Assembly: GCA_051294905.1 (NCBI GenBank)
Contig: CM119372.1
Span: 2,978,001-3,042,000, forward strand
Length of the DNA stretch: 64,000 bases
Reading direction: 5' to 3'
Origin: Botryllus schlosseri
Lineage: Eukaryota
This document shows, piece by piece, positions 63,941 to 64,000 of this stretch. The notes under the pieces are model-generated. The model was not told where the DNA came from, did no database searches, and saw only the letters and a program-made list of their open reading frames with translations. Each line of letters opens with the position of its first letter. The stretch's first letter is position 1. The translations under genes and the position numbers were made by a program.

Positions 63941-64000
63941 CCACGCAGTCTTGCTTCAGTTGGGTTATTGCAGTACGTTGAGCTCTTGAGCATAACACCA

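Overview
Repeat-rich eukaryotic (animal) genomic DNA with short (about 70-90 nt) and long TE-filled spliceosomal introns. The style is compatible with an invertebrate such as an ascidian, but the species cannot be identified from sequence alone. The main feature is a minus-strand multi-exon immunoglobulin-superfamily type I receptor gene (copy B, about 37334->8413). I rebuilt it by hand from phase-compatible GT-AG exons: signal peptide, V-set domain, an unusual 8-Cys Ig-like domain, three further C2/I-type domains, a TM helix and a probable short tail. It carries an in-frame TGA and a frameshift. A ~99.7% identical second copy (copy A) starts at 7282 and runs off the left edge (period 30,052 bp); the differences seen in the mature V domain are amino-acid changing. 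Antisense and inside the introns of copy B lies a degenerate relic resembling a second receptor (Ig-like piece, broken TM, tail with YxxM and an ITIM-consensus motif). The right end holds the first five exons of an INPP5K/J-like inositol polyphosphate 5-phosphatase (+). The rest is transposon-derived: an internally deleted hAT element, many hAT and pogo-like MITEs (one nested stack), a foldback element built of 200-bp units, a truncated RTE-like LINE, CR1/L2 3' ends and tRNA-derived SINEs. No CRISPR, rRNA or genuine tRNA genes were seen. All alignments were done by eye.
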